DNA from: an uncultured Gemmatimonadota bacterium
GTDB lineage: Bacteria; GCA-2686955
NCBI GenBank assembly: GCA_964490075.1
Contig: CAZBBK010000035.1
Span: 1-60,282, forward strand
DNA length: 60,282 nt
Reading direction: 5' to 3'
Position numbers and translations under genes: made by a program. Every line of letters starts with the position of its first letter. Within the stretch, counting starts at the first letter, position 1. Under the pieces are notes generated by a model. That model made no database searches. It was given only the letters and a program-made list of their open reading frames with translations, and was not told the origin of the DNA. Positions 33,980 to 43,044 of this stretch are shown here, one piece after another.

Positions 33980-34704
33980 TCCGGATCGAAGGACTGACGC
34001 GCCGATTCGCCGAGCGCAAGGCGGTCGACGACCTGTCGCTACGGGTCGAGGCGGGCGAGATCTACGGCCTGCTCGGTCCCAACGGCGCCGGCAAGACCAC
34101 GACGCTGCGCATGTGCGCCGGCATGCTGCGCCCCAGCTCGGGAGCGGTGCGAATCACCGGCGTCGACGTCGAGGCCAGGCCGCTGGAGGCGCGCCGCATC
34201 CTCGGCTACGCGCCCGAGGACGCGCCACTTTTCGAGGCGCTCACCGCCGACGAATACCTGCGCATGGTCGCCGACCTGCGGCACATGGAGGGCACCCTGG
34301 CCGATGACCGGATCGCCGCCTGGACGAGCCGCTTCGAGCTCACCAGAGACACTCGCCACGGCCGTCTCTCCGAGGCATCCAAGGGGACCAAGCAGAAGAT
34401 CGTGCTGATCCAGTCGTTGCTGCATCACCCCAGAGTGTTGCTGCTGGACGAGCCGCTCAGCGGCCTCGATCCCCAGGCGGCCCGCATCCTCAAGGACCTG
34501 CTGGTAGAGCTGGCCGAGGCCGGCACGGCGATCATCTACAGCTCCCATATTCTCGACGTGGTGGAGCGGGTCTGCACGCGGGTCGGAATCCTGCACCACG
34601 GCAAGCTCCTGGCCGACGGGTCGCCGGGCGAGCTGATCGGAGAGCGCGGGGAGCCGTCGCTCGAGGCCTTGTTCCTGCGCTTGACCGGCAACGATCGGGG
34701 TTGA
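33976..34704 (+). CDS. ABC transporter ATP-binding protein
   Basis: GPNGAGKTT, SKGTKQK, LLLDEPLSGLDP, SSHIL; ATGA overlap with the upstream gene. Confidence 0.95.
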   Translation: MIRIEGLTRRFAERKAVDDLSLRVEAGEIYGLLGPNGAGKTTTLRMCAGMLRPSSGAVRITGVDVEARPLEARRILGYAPEDAPLFEALTADEYLRMVADLRHMEGTLADDRIAAWTSRFELTRDTRHGRLSEASKGTKQKIVLIQSLLHHPRVLLLDEPLSGLDPQAARILKDLLVELAEAGTAIIYSSHILDVVERVCTRVGILHHGKLLADGSPGELIGERGEPSLEALFLRLTGNDRG

Positions 34705-34708
34705 GGCG

Positions 34709-36530
34709 CTAATCGCCGGAAAGCCAGGCGCTGTTCCCCGGCCCGCCGTAGGCGCCCATGTCGGAGCGTGCGCCGTTGCGAAAGAACTGTGGCCAGCGGG
34801 GCCACCAGTCGTGGATGGTGTCGCGCAACAGGGGTTTGCCCGCATCGATGCAGGGAGAACCCGGAGCGAGCAGATACTCGAAGCCGCGGCGCTCGGCGAA
34901 GCGGGGATGGGCGGAGATGTTCTCGAAGCCGTCACAACCGTAGGCCACGTCGCAGTAGCTCACGATCGGCTCTCCGCCCCTGATCTGCTGCGGCGTGTTC
35001 CACCATACGATGCAGTTGGTGAGCACTGGTGCGGCGCTTTGTCCGCACGACACGCCGCCGGTGCGGCCGGCCGAGTTGTCGGCGATCGTGCAGTTCACGA
35101 GCTCTGGCGAGCAGTGCTCGCAACGCAGCCCACCGCCGAAGTCACGCGCTCGATTGCGCGCCACGATACAGTTGGTGAGCACCGGCCGGGAGTCGAAGTA
35201 GCAGAAGACGCCGCCACCGTCTCGGTCGACCGCGTTGCTCGTGATCGAGCAGGCATGCATCGTCGGCGATGATGAGATGCAATAGAGGCCGCCGCTTCCG
35301 TAGCTTGCCTGGTTGCCGGCGATTCGGCAGTTGGCGATACGGGGAGAAGAGTAGTTGCAGAATATGCCGCCGCCTCTCTCTCCCAGGTTGGCCACGATCT
35401 GGCAATTCTCGATCAGGGGCGCCGATGCCGAACAGGTGATTCCGGTTCCTCCTCCCTGTACGGTGACACTGAGGAGCGCCGGCCGGATTTCAGGCGGTGT
35501 GGGGGCGAATCGCACCACTTCCAATCCCATTCCATCGATGACGGTCGTCGCCACGATGGCCGAATCGGCGGGGTCCAGGCTCCGGATCACGATGTCGGCC
35601 GCGGGGATCTCGATGCCCGGTTCGTAGTAGGTGCCCGGCTCTATCTCGACAGTATCTCGCTGGCACGCAGCGTCCAGGGCGCGGCGAATCGTCGGGTAGT
35701 CCCGCGGGACGCGGAGCACTGTGGGAATGGCTTGCTGGGGCACGTCGCAGGCAACGGTCCAGGAACCCATGTCGGCGCCGCCGAGGCCACTGCCGAGACA
35801 GGGCGAGTCGGCGGCGATGGACAGGTCGGAGTAGTCTCGGCAAACGACATCGCAGAAACGAGGATCGGCGTCGATGTTCCCTTCCCCGGAACACCCTCCC
35901 TGCACGTCGGCATCGATATTGCCGTCGCCGGGCCACCCCCCCAGCAGGTCGGAGTAGGTCACGAGCGGTGTGCCGGAATCCAGATCGATGGCCTGGGGTG
36001 CGTTGCCCCAGATGATGCAGTCGGTTGCGGTCGGTGTTGCACCGAGATCGCACCAGAGGCCGCCCCCCGCGTGGGCGATATTGGCGACGATAGTGCAGCC
36101 CCTTATGACCGGCTCGCCGCCGAGGCAGTCGACGCCGCCGCCAACGTCACCGGCTTTATTTCGGACGATGGTGCAACCGGTCAGGGCAAGTGATGTTCTG
36201 TAGCAGCAAATTCCCGCGCCGTCTTCGTCCGCCGGACTCCCATCGAAGATACAGCTCGCCGCAATCGACGCCCGAGGCATCCACCACCGTCGCCGCGACG
36301 ATGTTCGAGTCCTCCGGCACGGCGCTGGTGACCAGGATCGCCTTGCCAAGGAAATTCAGGGTCTCGAAGTAGGTGCCGGGCATGACCAGCACCACGTCGC
36401 CGTCGCGCGCCGCTTCGATCGCCTGCTGGATCGCGGGGTACTCCCAGGGGACGTCGAGGGTGCGGGCCTGGGCAGCGCTGGCGGCGACCGCCAGAGCCGA
36501 CCAGATCGTGAGCTTCTTCCTGAGTCGCAT
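34709..36530 (-). pseudogene. Right-handed beta-helix protein split by a frameshift or deletion near 36260-36280
   Basis: The N-terminal frame (MRLRKK.. signal peptide, DVPWEYPAIQQAI) and the C-terminal frame (GAGICC.., SPCIDAG..DMGAYGG) are different reading frames; paralog of 8094-9800. Confidence 0.8.
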
Positions 36531-36612
36531 CTTCGTACCTCGATTCTCGATGCGTGCCTCCTTGCCATCCATGATAAACGCTGGCACTGTGCGGTGGATG
36601 AGTTCCGATCCC

Positions 36613-37314
36613 ATGGACTTCACCCGCTTCACGCACATCAGCTTCGACTGTTACGGCACCCTGATCGACTGGGAAAGCGGAATTCTCGACGCGTTGCGGC
36701 CGATGCTCGAGCGGCACGGTGCTCAGATCGACGAGAGCAGATTGCTGCAGCTCTACGCCCAGCACGAAGCGCGCATCGAGGCCGGTCCCTTCCTGCCCTA
36801 CTCAGAAGTGCTGCGTCGCGTGGTCGCCGGAATCGGCCACGATCTCGGCTTCCAGCCTTCCGAACCCGAGCTCGATGCGCTGCCGCTCTCGGTCGGCGAC
36901 TGGCCGCCCTTCGACGACACGGTCGAGGCGCTGCGGGCCCTCGCGTCGCGCTTCGAACTGGTGGTGATCTCGAACATCGACGACGCGCTCTTCGCCCGGA
37001 CCGAAGCGCGGCTCGGGGTCTCCTTCACCGCCCTCGTCAGCGCCGAGCAGGTCGGTGCCTACAAGCCGAGCCGGCGCAACTTCGAGCGCACCCTGGAGCG
37101 GCTGGGCATCGCGCGGGAGCAGATCCTGCACGTGGCGCAGAGCCTCTACCACGACCACACGCCGGCCAAAGAGCTGGGTTGGACCACGGTCCGAATCGAC
37201 CGCCCGAGCCGCTGCGCGGGCACCGGGGTCGCGCCTCCCGCTCGGGCGACTCCCGATCTGGTGGTGGGCGATCTGCGGTCGCTGGTGGGGGCGGTTGTGG
37301 GCGGGACGCGCTAG
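36613..37314 (+). CDS. Haloacid dehalogenase type II (HAD hydrolase)
   Basis: SFDCYGTLIDWESG, ISNID, YKPS, HVAQSLYHDH. Confidence 0.92.
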   Translation: MDFTRFTHISFDCYGTLIDWESGILDALRPMLERHGAQIDESRLLQLYAQHEARIEAGPFLPYSEVLRRVVAGIGHDLGFQPSEPELDALPLSVGDWPPFDDTVEALRALASRFELVVISNIDDALFARTEARLGVSFTALVSAEQVGAYKPSRRNFERTLERLGIAREQILHVAQSLYHDHTPAKELGWTTVRIDRPSRCAGTGVAPPARATPDLVVGDLRSLVGAVVGGTR

Positions 37315-37430
37315 CCAGCCCGCCCCGCCACTCAGCGCCCCCGACCCGACGCCGCGCGGCGCAACCCACGGCGGCCAAGCCCTCCCTCGAAGAGAATGGC
37401 GCGCTATGCTCCTCGCGAAAGGAAGCGACC

Positions 37431-37934
37431 ATGGCAAAAACGGACCCGGCGAAGCTGAAGAAGGTGTCGGTCAGCCTGCCCTTCGGAATCGGCCGCGCCG
37501 AATGGGAGGCGGATCCGGCCGAGCGTCGTGCGGCCTGGTCGCTCTACGTCGAGCTCGTGACCCGCGTCGCGATCCAGCCGCTGGGGAACGATCAGGGGCT
37601 GGACCGCGAAGCCCTCTCCTCGCTACACACTTTGTTCGCAACGACGCGTGAGATCCTCAAGAGCGCCGGGCCGGATGTCGGCTCCGGACGAGAATCGGTC
37701 GGCGGCATCGCGATCGCCGTGCTCAATCGCGGCCTGCGCCCCTTCCTCGCCCACTGGCATCCTCTGCTCGATGAGTGGGAGGCAGAGCGAGATCCGGGCG
37801 TAGGAAGAAGAGACCACGAACGTGCCTGGCCGCGCCGAGAGGAGTTCCGGACGACGCTCGCCGAGCTGCGGCGGGAGCTGGAGGGGTACGCCGCGGCTCT
37901 GGCGGCGATTTGTGGTGGGGATGCGGGGTTGTGA
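37431..37934 (+). CDS. Conserved hypothetical protein, translationally coupled to DGR target 1
   Basis: 167 aa; AAWSLYVELVTR..REALSSLHTLF..LNRGLRPFLAHWHP; its TGA overlaps a GTG in frame with target 1. Confidence 0.75.
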   Translation: MAKTDPAKLKKVSVSLPFGIGRAEWEADPAERRAAWSLYVELVTRVAIQPLGNDQGLDREALSSLHTLFATTREILKSAGPDVGSGRESVGGIAIAVLNRGLRPFLAHWHPLLDEWEAERDPGVGRRDHERAWPRREEFRTTLAELRRELEGYAAALAAICGGDAGL

Positions 37935-40900
37935 GCAGCACCGGCCGTGCCCCCGGCGAGAGCGCTGATATGAGGGCGGAATCGGACAAGACCCGCATCT
38001 TCATCGCGTGGGACTCGGAGATTCCCAGCATTCGGCACAGCTTCGAGAGACTGCAGAAAAGCCCTCCCCCGGAATTCACGATCGAGGTGCTGGGGGTCGG
38101 TGGATCGGCCTATCACGGTGCCGTGCTCGAAGACACGCTGGAGCCGGCGATCGAGCGCGCCGATCGTGTGTTGGCCCTGGTGGATCGGCCCAATGCAAAC
38201 ATGGGCTTCGAGCTCGGCCTCGCGCTGGGGCGGCGCAAACCCGCGGCGATTGCTCACGCGGGACTGGACCTGCCGAGCTGGCTGGAGCTCGCGCCCTTCA
38301 GCGGTCACCTCGTATGCCCGGGCGGCGAAATCGAGAAGCTCAGGAAGATCATCGTCGATCGAGGCACCGACGAGCGGCCGTGGATCCAGGCGCCCGCCGA
38401 TCCGCCCCCCGGTGACGCGACGATCCTGCTCTGCCCCAGGGCGGGCGACGGCAGCGCGGTCCGTGAGCACCTGGCCGATGTTTTCGGCGACTGGAATCTA
38501 CTGGAGCTGCGGAGCTGGTCGATCCGCGACCTGACGCGGAAGCTCGCCGGCGTCCGCCGCGTGGTCTGGGTCATCACCACGCCGCCGCAGGGCAGCATTC
38601 GCGACGGTGAAGAGAACGCCTGCGCGTCGGTGGTCGCGGGTTTCGCATACGGTCGCGGCATCGAGCTGCATGTCATGCGCAGCGACGAGTCCCGGAGCAT
38701 CCTCGACGTGGCCAATCTCGGAGTGGAGTTCAGCTCGCTGGACGATCTGGTCGAGCAGCTCGCCGAGCGCACCGCGACGACCGCTGAAACCGCTGGAAGG
38801 CTCGAGGGGCAGCCCGCCCTCGTCTCCCGCTGGCGGGCCCACTGCCTGCGTGTCCACCGCGAGATCCCGATCGTGGGCTATCGGGATCACAAGAAGTTCA
38901 TTCTCGACATCGAGAAGATCTACGTGCCGCTCGCGATCTCGTCGATGGAGGCGCTGAGGACACCGCACGGCTCGGTGAATCGAGAAAGCTGGAGCGAAGA
39001 CGAGCTCGTGAGTCAGCGGGCGGACGTTGGCGTCGATGGCGCATTTTGTCATCTCGAGAAGCAGATCGCCGAAGGGCAGCCTCTGCGCGGCCTGTCGATC
39101 GTTGGGGACCCCGGCAGTGGCAAGACAACACTCTTACAGCACATCTTCTGCAAAGTGAGCCGACAAGGCTCGGCAGCGGTCGGGCTTCCCGAAGGGCTGA
39201 CGCCGGTGTTGCTGCGCTTCTCGCGCCTCCGCGCCGACGGATTGGGTGCAAGCAGTCTCGTCGATCTCGCCGAGCAGGAAGCGAAGCTGAATGGGCATGA
39301 GGGGGCCGGCCGCGCGCTATTGGCTGATTCCTCTCGCGCTTTGCTCTTCCTGCTCGACGGACTCGACGAGGTGCGCGACGAAGCGACTCGGATCGAAGTG
39401 GCCGATTGGCTCTGCGACGAAGCTCTGCGCTGGGAGAATTCGCGTTTCGTGGCAACCTGTCGCTACGCGTCCTGGCGTAAGCCTGCCGGTCGACTCGGAG
39501 GCCGTTTCTTCCCCTTCGAAGTGCTGCGTTTCGGACGCGACGACGCCGCGGATTATGTGCGCCAGTGGTTCTCCGCGGTGGTGAGCGCACAGCGAGGCCC
39601 CGAGGAATCGCCCGACGCCGCGCTGTCGCGTGCCACCGAAAAAGCGGAACGCTTGTTGGAGGCGATGAACGACCCCGAGCGCCCCCTGCATTCGTCGCTC
39701 TGGAAGATGACACGCAACCCACTTCTGCTCTCGACGATCTGTCTCGTACACCATGCGCGCGAGGGGCTACCCGACTCCCGTGCGGAGCTTTACGACGAAA
39801 GCCTGGGGCTGCTGATCGAAACCTGGGGGGAGCAGCACCAAAGTGGGCGCGGGCTTCCCTACCGATCCGCCAGTAGAGTGTTGCAGCCCCTGGCGTGGGC
39901 GATGCAGGAATCGCTGGACCGGGCGGACACATCGAAAGAGATCTCGAGAGCGAGGCTCTTGGAGCTGATCGCTCCACCCCTGGAGGGTCGTCCTCGCGGT
40001 TTGGAGGGGATGGAGCCAAGCGAATTCCTGGATCGCATCGCCCGCGAGATCGGGGTGCTCGTGAGCCCGGATTTCGAGCGCTATCAGTTCTTGCATCTGA
40101 CCTTCCAGGAGTACCTGGCGGCCTGCGACGCGCGCACCCGTGGCGACGCCGCGGGGCTCGCCGAGCGCCTGGGCCAAGATCGCTGGCGCGAGCCGATTCT
40201 GCTCTCGATGTCGCTCGACGGCATCTTCGTGCCCTTCATGCGCGCGGCCCTCGCGGGAGCGATCGAGGCCCACCGGGAGATACTCGGTCGTTGCCTGGAC
40301 GAGGCCCGCGCGATCGAAGATTCGCCTTTCGTTGAAGTGCTGGCACGAGAGAGCGAGATTCTGGAGGGGCGAGGTCGGCCGGAAGGCATACGCCTGAGCC
40401 CCGGAGCGCTCGCGGCTCTCTTGAGGCTCTTCGTGGGGCGAGATCGACCAGGGATCGCCGCCGCCGCGAAGCCCCTGATGAACCACCCGGATCGTGAGGT
40501 GGCAGCGCTCGCGGCTCAGCTTACGGGGATCTCGGAAGAGCCGGCGGTGTCGCCGGAAGAGGAGCGCGCTGGAGGAGAGCTGTGGCGGGAACCCACGTCC
40601 GGCATGAGCTTCGTCTGGGTGCGGGCGGGGGAGCTATGGATGGGATCGTCGTGCACCGAGGGTGAAGAGGGCTACGATCCCGAGGCGGCCTCCGTTGAAG
40701 AACCGCGCCACCGGGTCGAGATCTCGCGAGGCTTTTGGCTGGGGCAGTATCCGGTGACGAACGCGGAATACCGGCGCTTCGTCGACTCGACCGATCAACC
40801 GGAGCCGGAGAGCTTTCGGCGGGAGCGCTTCGGAAAGGACCGCCAACCGGTGACGGGGGTCAGTTGGGAGAATGCCCGACGTTTCTGTGAATGGCTGAGC

Positions 40901-41341
40901 GCCGAGCTGCCCTCCGGTCATGGTCCGATCGAGCTGCCGACGGAGGCGGAGTGGGAATGGGCGGCTCGAGGCGAAGATGGACGGAAGTACCCTTGGGGAA
41001 GCAGTCCACCGCCGAGCGTGGAACGGGCCATCTTCGGTCGAGGTGCACCAGACGCGGTCGGCGAGCGTCCACTGGGGGCCGGCCCCTTCGGTGCACAGGA
41101 CCAGGCGGGCAACGTCTGGGAATGGTGCGCGGATCGGTATGGCGCGTATTCGGCCGAGCCTCAGGTCGATCCAACAGGACCGGCCTCGGGCGCTGCCGGC
41201 GTGCTTCGCGGGGGCTCCTGGATCGACGTTCCCAGGAACCTGCGCTGCGCCGGCCGGCTCAGGAGCGCTCCCGGGTACCGGCTCGACGTCATCGGCTTCC
41301 GCGTCGTGTGCCGTGTTCCCCGCCAGCGCGTGTCTTCTTGA
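37931..41341 (+). CDS. DGR target 1: tandem NDT/TIR-like domains + NACHT NTPase + FGE-sulfatase (CLec) domain with VR1
   Basis: IERADRVLALVDRPNANMGFELGLALGRRKP; Walker A GDPGSGKTT; Walker B LLDGLDEV; NPLLL; FLHLTFQEYLAA; YPVTNAEY, LPTEAEWEWAARG, GNVWEWC, RGGSW. Start is GTG 37931 or ATG 37970. Confidence 0.93.
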   Translation: MSSTGRAPGESADMRAESDKTRIFIAWDSEIPSIRHSFERLQKSPPPEFTIEVLGVGGSAYHGAVLEDTLEPAIERADRVLALVDRPNANMGFELGLALGRRKPAAIAHAGLDLPSWLELAPFSGHLVCPGGEIEKLRKIIVDRGTDERPWIQAPADPPPGDATILLCPRAGDGSAVREHLADVFGDWNLLELRSWSIRDLTRKLAGVRRVVWVITTPPQGSIRDGEENACASVVAGFAYGRGIELHVMRSDESRSILDVANLGVEFSSLDDLVEQLAERTATTAETAGRLEGQPALVSRWRAHCLRVHREIPIVGYRDHKKFILDIEKIYVPLAISSMEALRTPHGSVNRESWSEDELVSQRADVGVDGAFCHLEKQIAEGQPLRGLSIVGDPGSGKTTLLQHIFCKVSRQGSAAVGLPEGLTPVLLRFSRLRADGLGASSLVDLAEQEAKLNGHEGAGRALLADSSRALLFLLDGLDEVRDEATRIEVADWLCDEALRWENSRFVATCRYASWRKPAGRLGGRFFPFEVLRFGRDDAADYVRQWFSAVVSAQRGPEESPDAALSRATEKAERLLEAMNDPERPLHSSLWKMTRNPLLLSTICLVHHAREGLPDSRAELYDESLGLLIETWGEQHQSGRGLPYRSASRVLQPLAWAMQESLDRADTSKEISRARLLELIAPPLEGRPRGLEGMEPSEFLDRIAREIGVLVSPDFERYQFLHLTFQEYLAACDARTRGDAAGLAERLGQDRWREPILLSMSLDGIFVPFMRAALAGAIEAHREILGRCLDEARAIEDSPFVEVLARESEILEGRGRPEGIRLSPGALAALLRLFVGRDRPGIAAAAKPLMNHPDREVAALAAQLTGISEEPAVSPEEERAGGELWREPTSGMSFVWVRAGELWMGSSCTEGEEGYDPEAASVEEPRHRVEISRGFWLGQYPVTNAEYRRFVDSTDQPEPESFRRERFGKDRQPVTGVSWENARRFCEWLSAELPSGHGPIELPTEAEWEWAARGEDGRKYPWGSSPPPSVERAIFGRGAPDAVGERPLGAGPFGAQDQAGNVWEWCADRYGAYSAEPQVDPTGPASGAAGVLRGGSWIDVPRNLRCAGRLRSAPGYRLDVIGFRVVCRVPRQRVSS
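41189..41330 (+). repeat. DGR variable repeat VR1
   Basis: 142-bp ungapped match to TR; 16 mismatches, 15 at TR adenines and one C>G near the 5' edge. Confidence 0.96.
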
Positions 41342-41380
41342 CTTGTTGCTTCTTGGCAATTGTCCGGCGCGAAGCGCCGG
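41331..41380 (+). other. IMH-like element and hairpin downstream of VR1
   Basis: TGTCTTCTTGAC and TCTTGGCnnTTGTCC are shared with the VR2 flank but not TR; followed by a CCGGCGC-GAA-GCGCCGG stem-loop (41364-41380). Confidence 0.75.
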
Positions 41381-41438
41381 CGAAATTCGGGCCGCGTCGA
41401 CACGGCACGACAGATTTGTCACCTTGGCGACAGGAGTG

Positions 41439-42422
41439 TCAACCGAACTCCCAGCACGCCCGCAGGGCCGCCAGCGAAGCACGGAGCTTCTCGGGTTCAC
41501 CTGCGCGCCGAGCGATCAGGGCTGGGGCTCGCGCCCGCATTCGAGGCCCGGGCTCGATGCCGCCGGGCGAGACGCGGTAGCCGAGGTAGAGATGTGAGCC
41601 ACTGCATCGCCGCGGCCGCGCGCCGGGGTCTTTGAGCTCGAGACTTCGCTGCTCGCGCAACCAATTGGCGATCCGATCGCGTAACCCGAGCAGGTCGCTC
41701 CGGCCATTGGCGAAGAGCGTGAAGTCGTCCATGTAGCGTTGATAGGACGGCACACGCAGCACGCGCTGAGCGTAGTGATCGAGACCATCGAGATAGAGGT
41801 TGCCCCACCACTGGCTGGTCAGATTGCCGATCGGCAGCCCGCGGCCGGTGGGGTTCGGCTGATCCCAGCCGAGCCAATCGACGACATCGGCGCGATCGTA
41901 GAGCCCCGCGCCGCTCGCGATGATCCGGCCGAGAAGGCCACGCAGCTTCGGTTCCGGGAGCCTGCGGAAGAGCAATGCTCGCAGGATCGCCCGGTCGACC
42001 GAGTAGAAATAGCGCCGGATGTCGAGCGACAACACCCATCGGTAGCGGCGCAGCTCTCCACGGAACCGCAGCACGGCCCGGTGGCTGCCGCGCCCCTCGA
42101 GGCAGGCGTAGCTCTGGTCACTGAAGCTCCGGTTCAGGCGGGGCGCGAGCACGCGATGCAGAGCGTGGTGCACGATCCGATCTCGAACCGGCGCCGCCGC
42201 CACCACGCGCCGCTTCGGGTCCCTGATCTTGATGAGTCGGTAGCTCCCTGGACGGTAATCGCCGAATGCCAGCTCGTTCGCCAGGCGCAGCACATGGCTC
42301 GGTGCATCGATCGCGAGCTCCGCCACGCGCGGCCGTCTCTGCTTGCCGGACGCGAACTCCCGCCAGGCTCGCCACACATTCGCGGGATCGACGATCTCAT
42401 CCCAGACACGAAACGACTTCAC
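41439..42422 (-). CDS. DGR reverse transcriptase
   Basis: KRRVVAAAPVRDRIVHHAL, SYACLEGRGSH, LDIRRYFYSVD, GLPIGNLTSQ (DGR-type SQ), YQRYMDDF, YLGY; about 327 aa, no maturase or endonuclease tail. The GTG start is inferred. Confidence 0.96.
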   Translation of the reverse strand: MKSFRVWDEIVDPANVWRAWREFASGKQRRPRVAELAIDAPSHVLRLANELAFGDYRPGSYRLIKIRDPKRRVVAAAPVRDRIVHHALHRVLAPRLNRSFSDQSYACLEGRGSHRAVLRFRGELRRYRWVLSLDIRRYFYSVDRAILRALLFRRLPEPKLRGLLGRIIASGAGLYDRADVVDWLGWDQPNPTGRGLPIGNLTSQWWGNLYLDGLDHYAQRVLRVPSYQRYMDDFTLFANGRSDLLGLRDRIANWLREQRSLELKDPGARPRRCSGSHLYLGYRVSPGGIEPGPRMRARAPALIARRAGEPEKLRASLAALRACWEFG

Positions 42423-42544
42423 GGCGAAGAGGAGCGCCCGCCCCGGCGGTCGCCGGGGCGGATCCCGGCTACTGGCGGGGGCGGGCTGAGCGCGGACGAA
42501 TCCGCCGGGCCACCTGCACGTGTCCGAGCCACGGCTCGGCGGGG

Positions 42545-42686
42545 CGTGTTGGCGGGGAACACGGCACACGACGCGGAAGCCGATGTTGTCGTTCCGGTTC
42601 CCGGGATCGTTCCTGTTCCGGTTGGCGCAGCGCAGGTTCCTGGGATCGTTGATCCAGGAGCCCCCGCGAAGCACGCGGGCAGCGCC
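42545..42686 (-). repeat. DGR template repeat TR
   Basis: Lies between avd and RT; in the VR frame it reads GAARVLRGGSWINDPRNLRCANRNRNDPGNRNDNIGFRVVCRVPRQH, with 8 AAC codons and 26 adenines. Confidence 0.97.
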
Positions 42687-42714
42687 TTTTCATCGGTGGC
42701 CCGCGGCAACTCTA

Positions 42715-43044
42715 TCACCGCGCAGGAGCTGAGAGGCGGCGCAACCATCCGCCGAGCTGCCGGCCGATCTCGTCGAGCTCGCCCACGATGTAGAGCATCC
42801 GTCTCTCATCGAGCAGCCCCAGGTCGTGGGCCAGGCGAACGTGGACCCGGAGCAAAGCGTTGCACTCGTCGGCCTCTTCGACCCGTTGTTCCCGATCGAA
42901 GTTCTTGAGGGCGAGCACGATGTGATCGAGCAGGTCGAGGGCGCCACGATGAATCCTGTCGCCGATGGGGCTCGAAGCCGGGATGGTATCGAGCATCCAG
43001 CGAGCGGCGGCGTAGGTCTGCACGAAGAGCGGTGCCTCTTTCAC
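42715..43044 (-). CDS. avd: DGR accessory variability determinant Avd (four-helix bundle)
   Basis: 109 aa; LLRVHVRLAHDLGLL..ELDEIGRQLGGWLR is the Avd-like motif; immediately upstream of TR; GTGA overlap with the upstream gene. Confidence 0.9.
   Translation of the reverse strand: MKEAPLFVQTYAAARWMLDTIPASSPIGDRIHRGALDLLDHIVLALKNFDREQRVEEADECNALLRVHVRLAHDLGLLDERRMLYIVGELDEIGRQLGGWLRRLSAPAR

Noticed and set aside
41439-42422. RT as a group II intron, retron or CRISPR-associated RT
   Set aside because: It is short, has the SQ motif, lacks maturase and endonuclease domains, and is flanked by avd, TR and A-mutated VRs.
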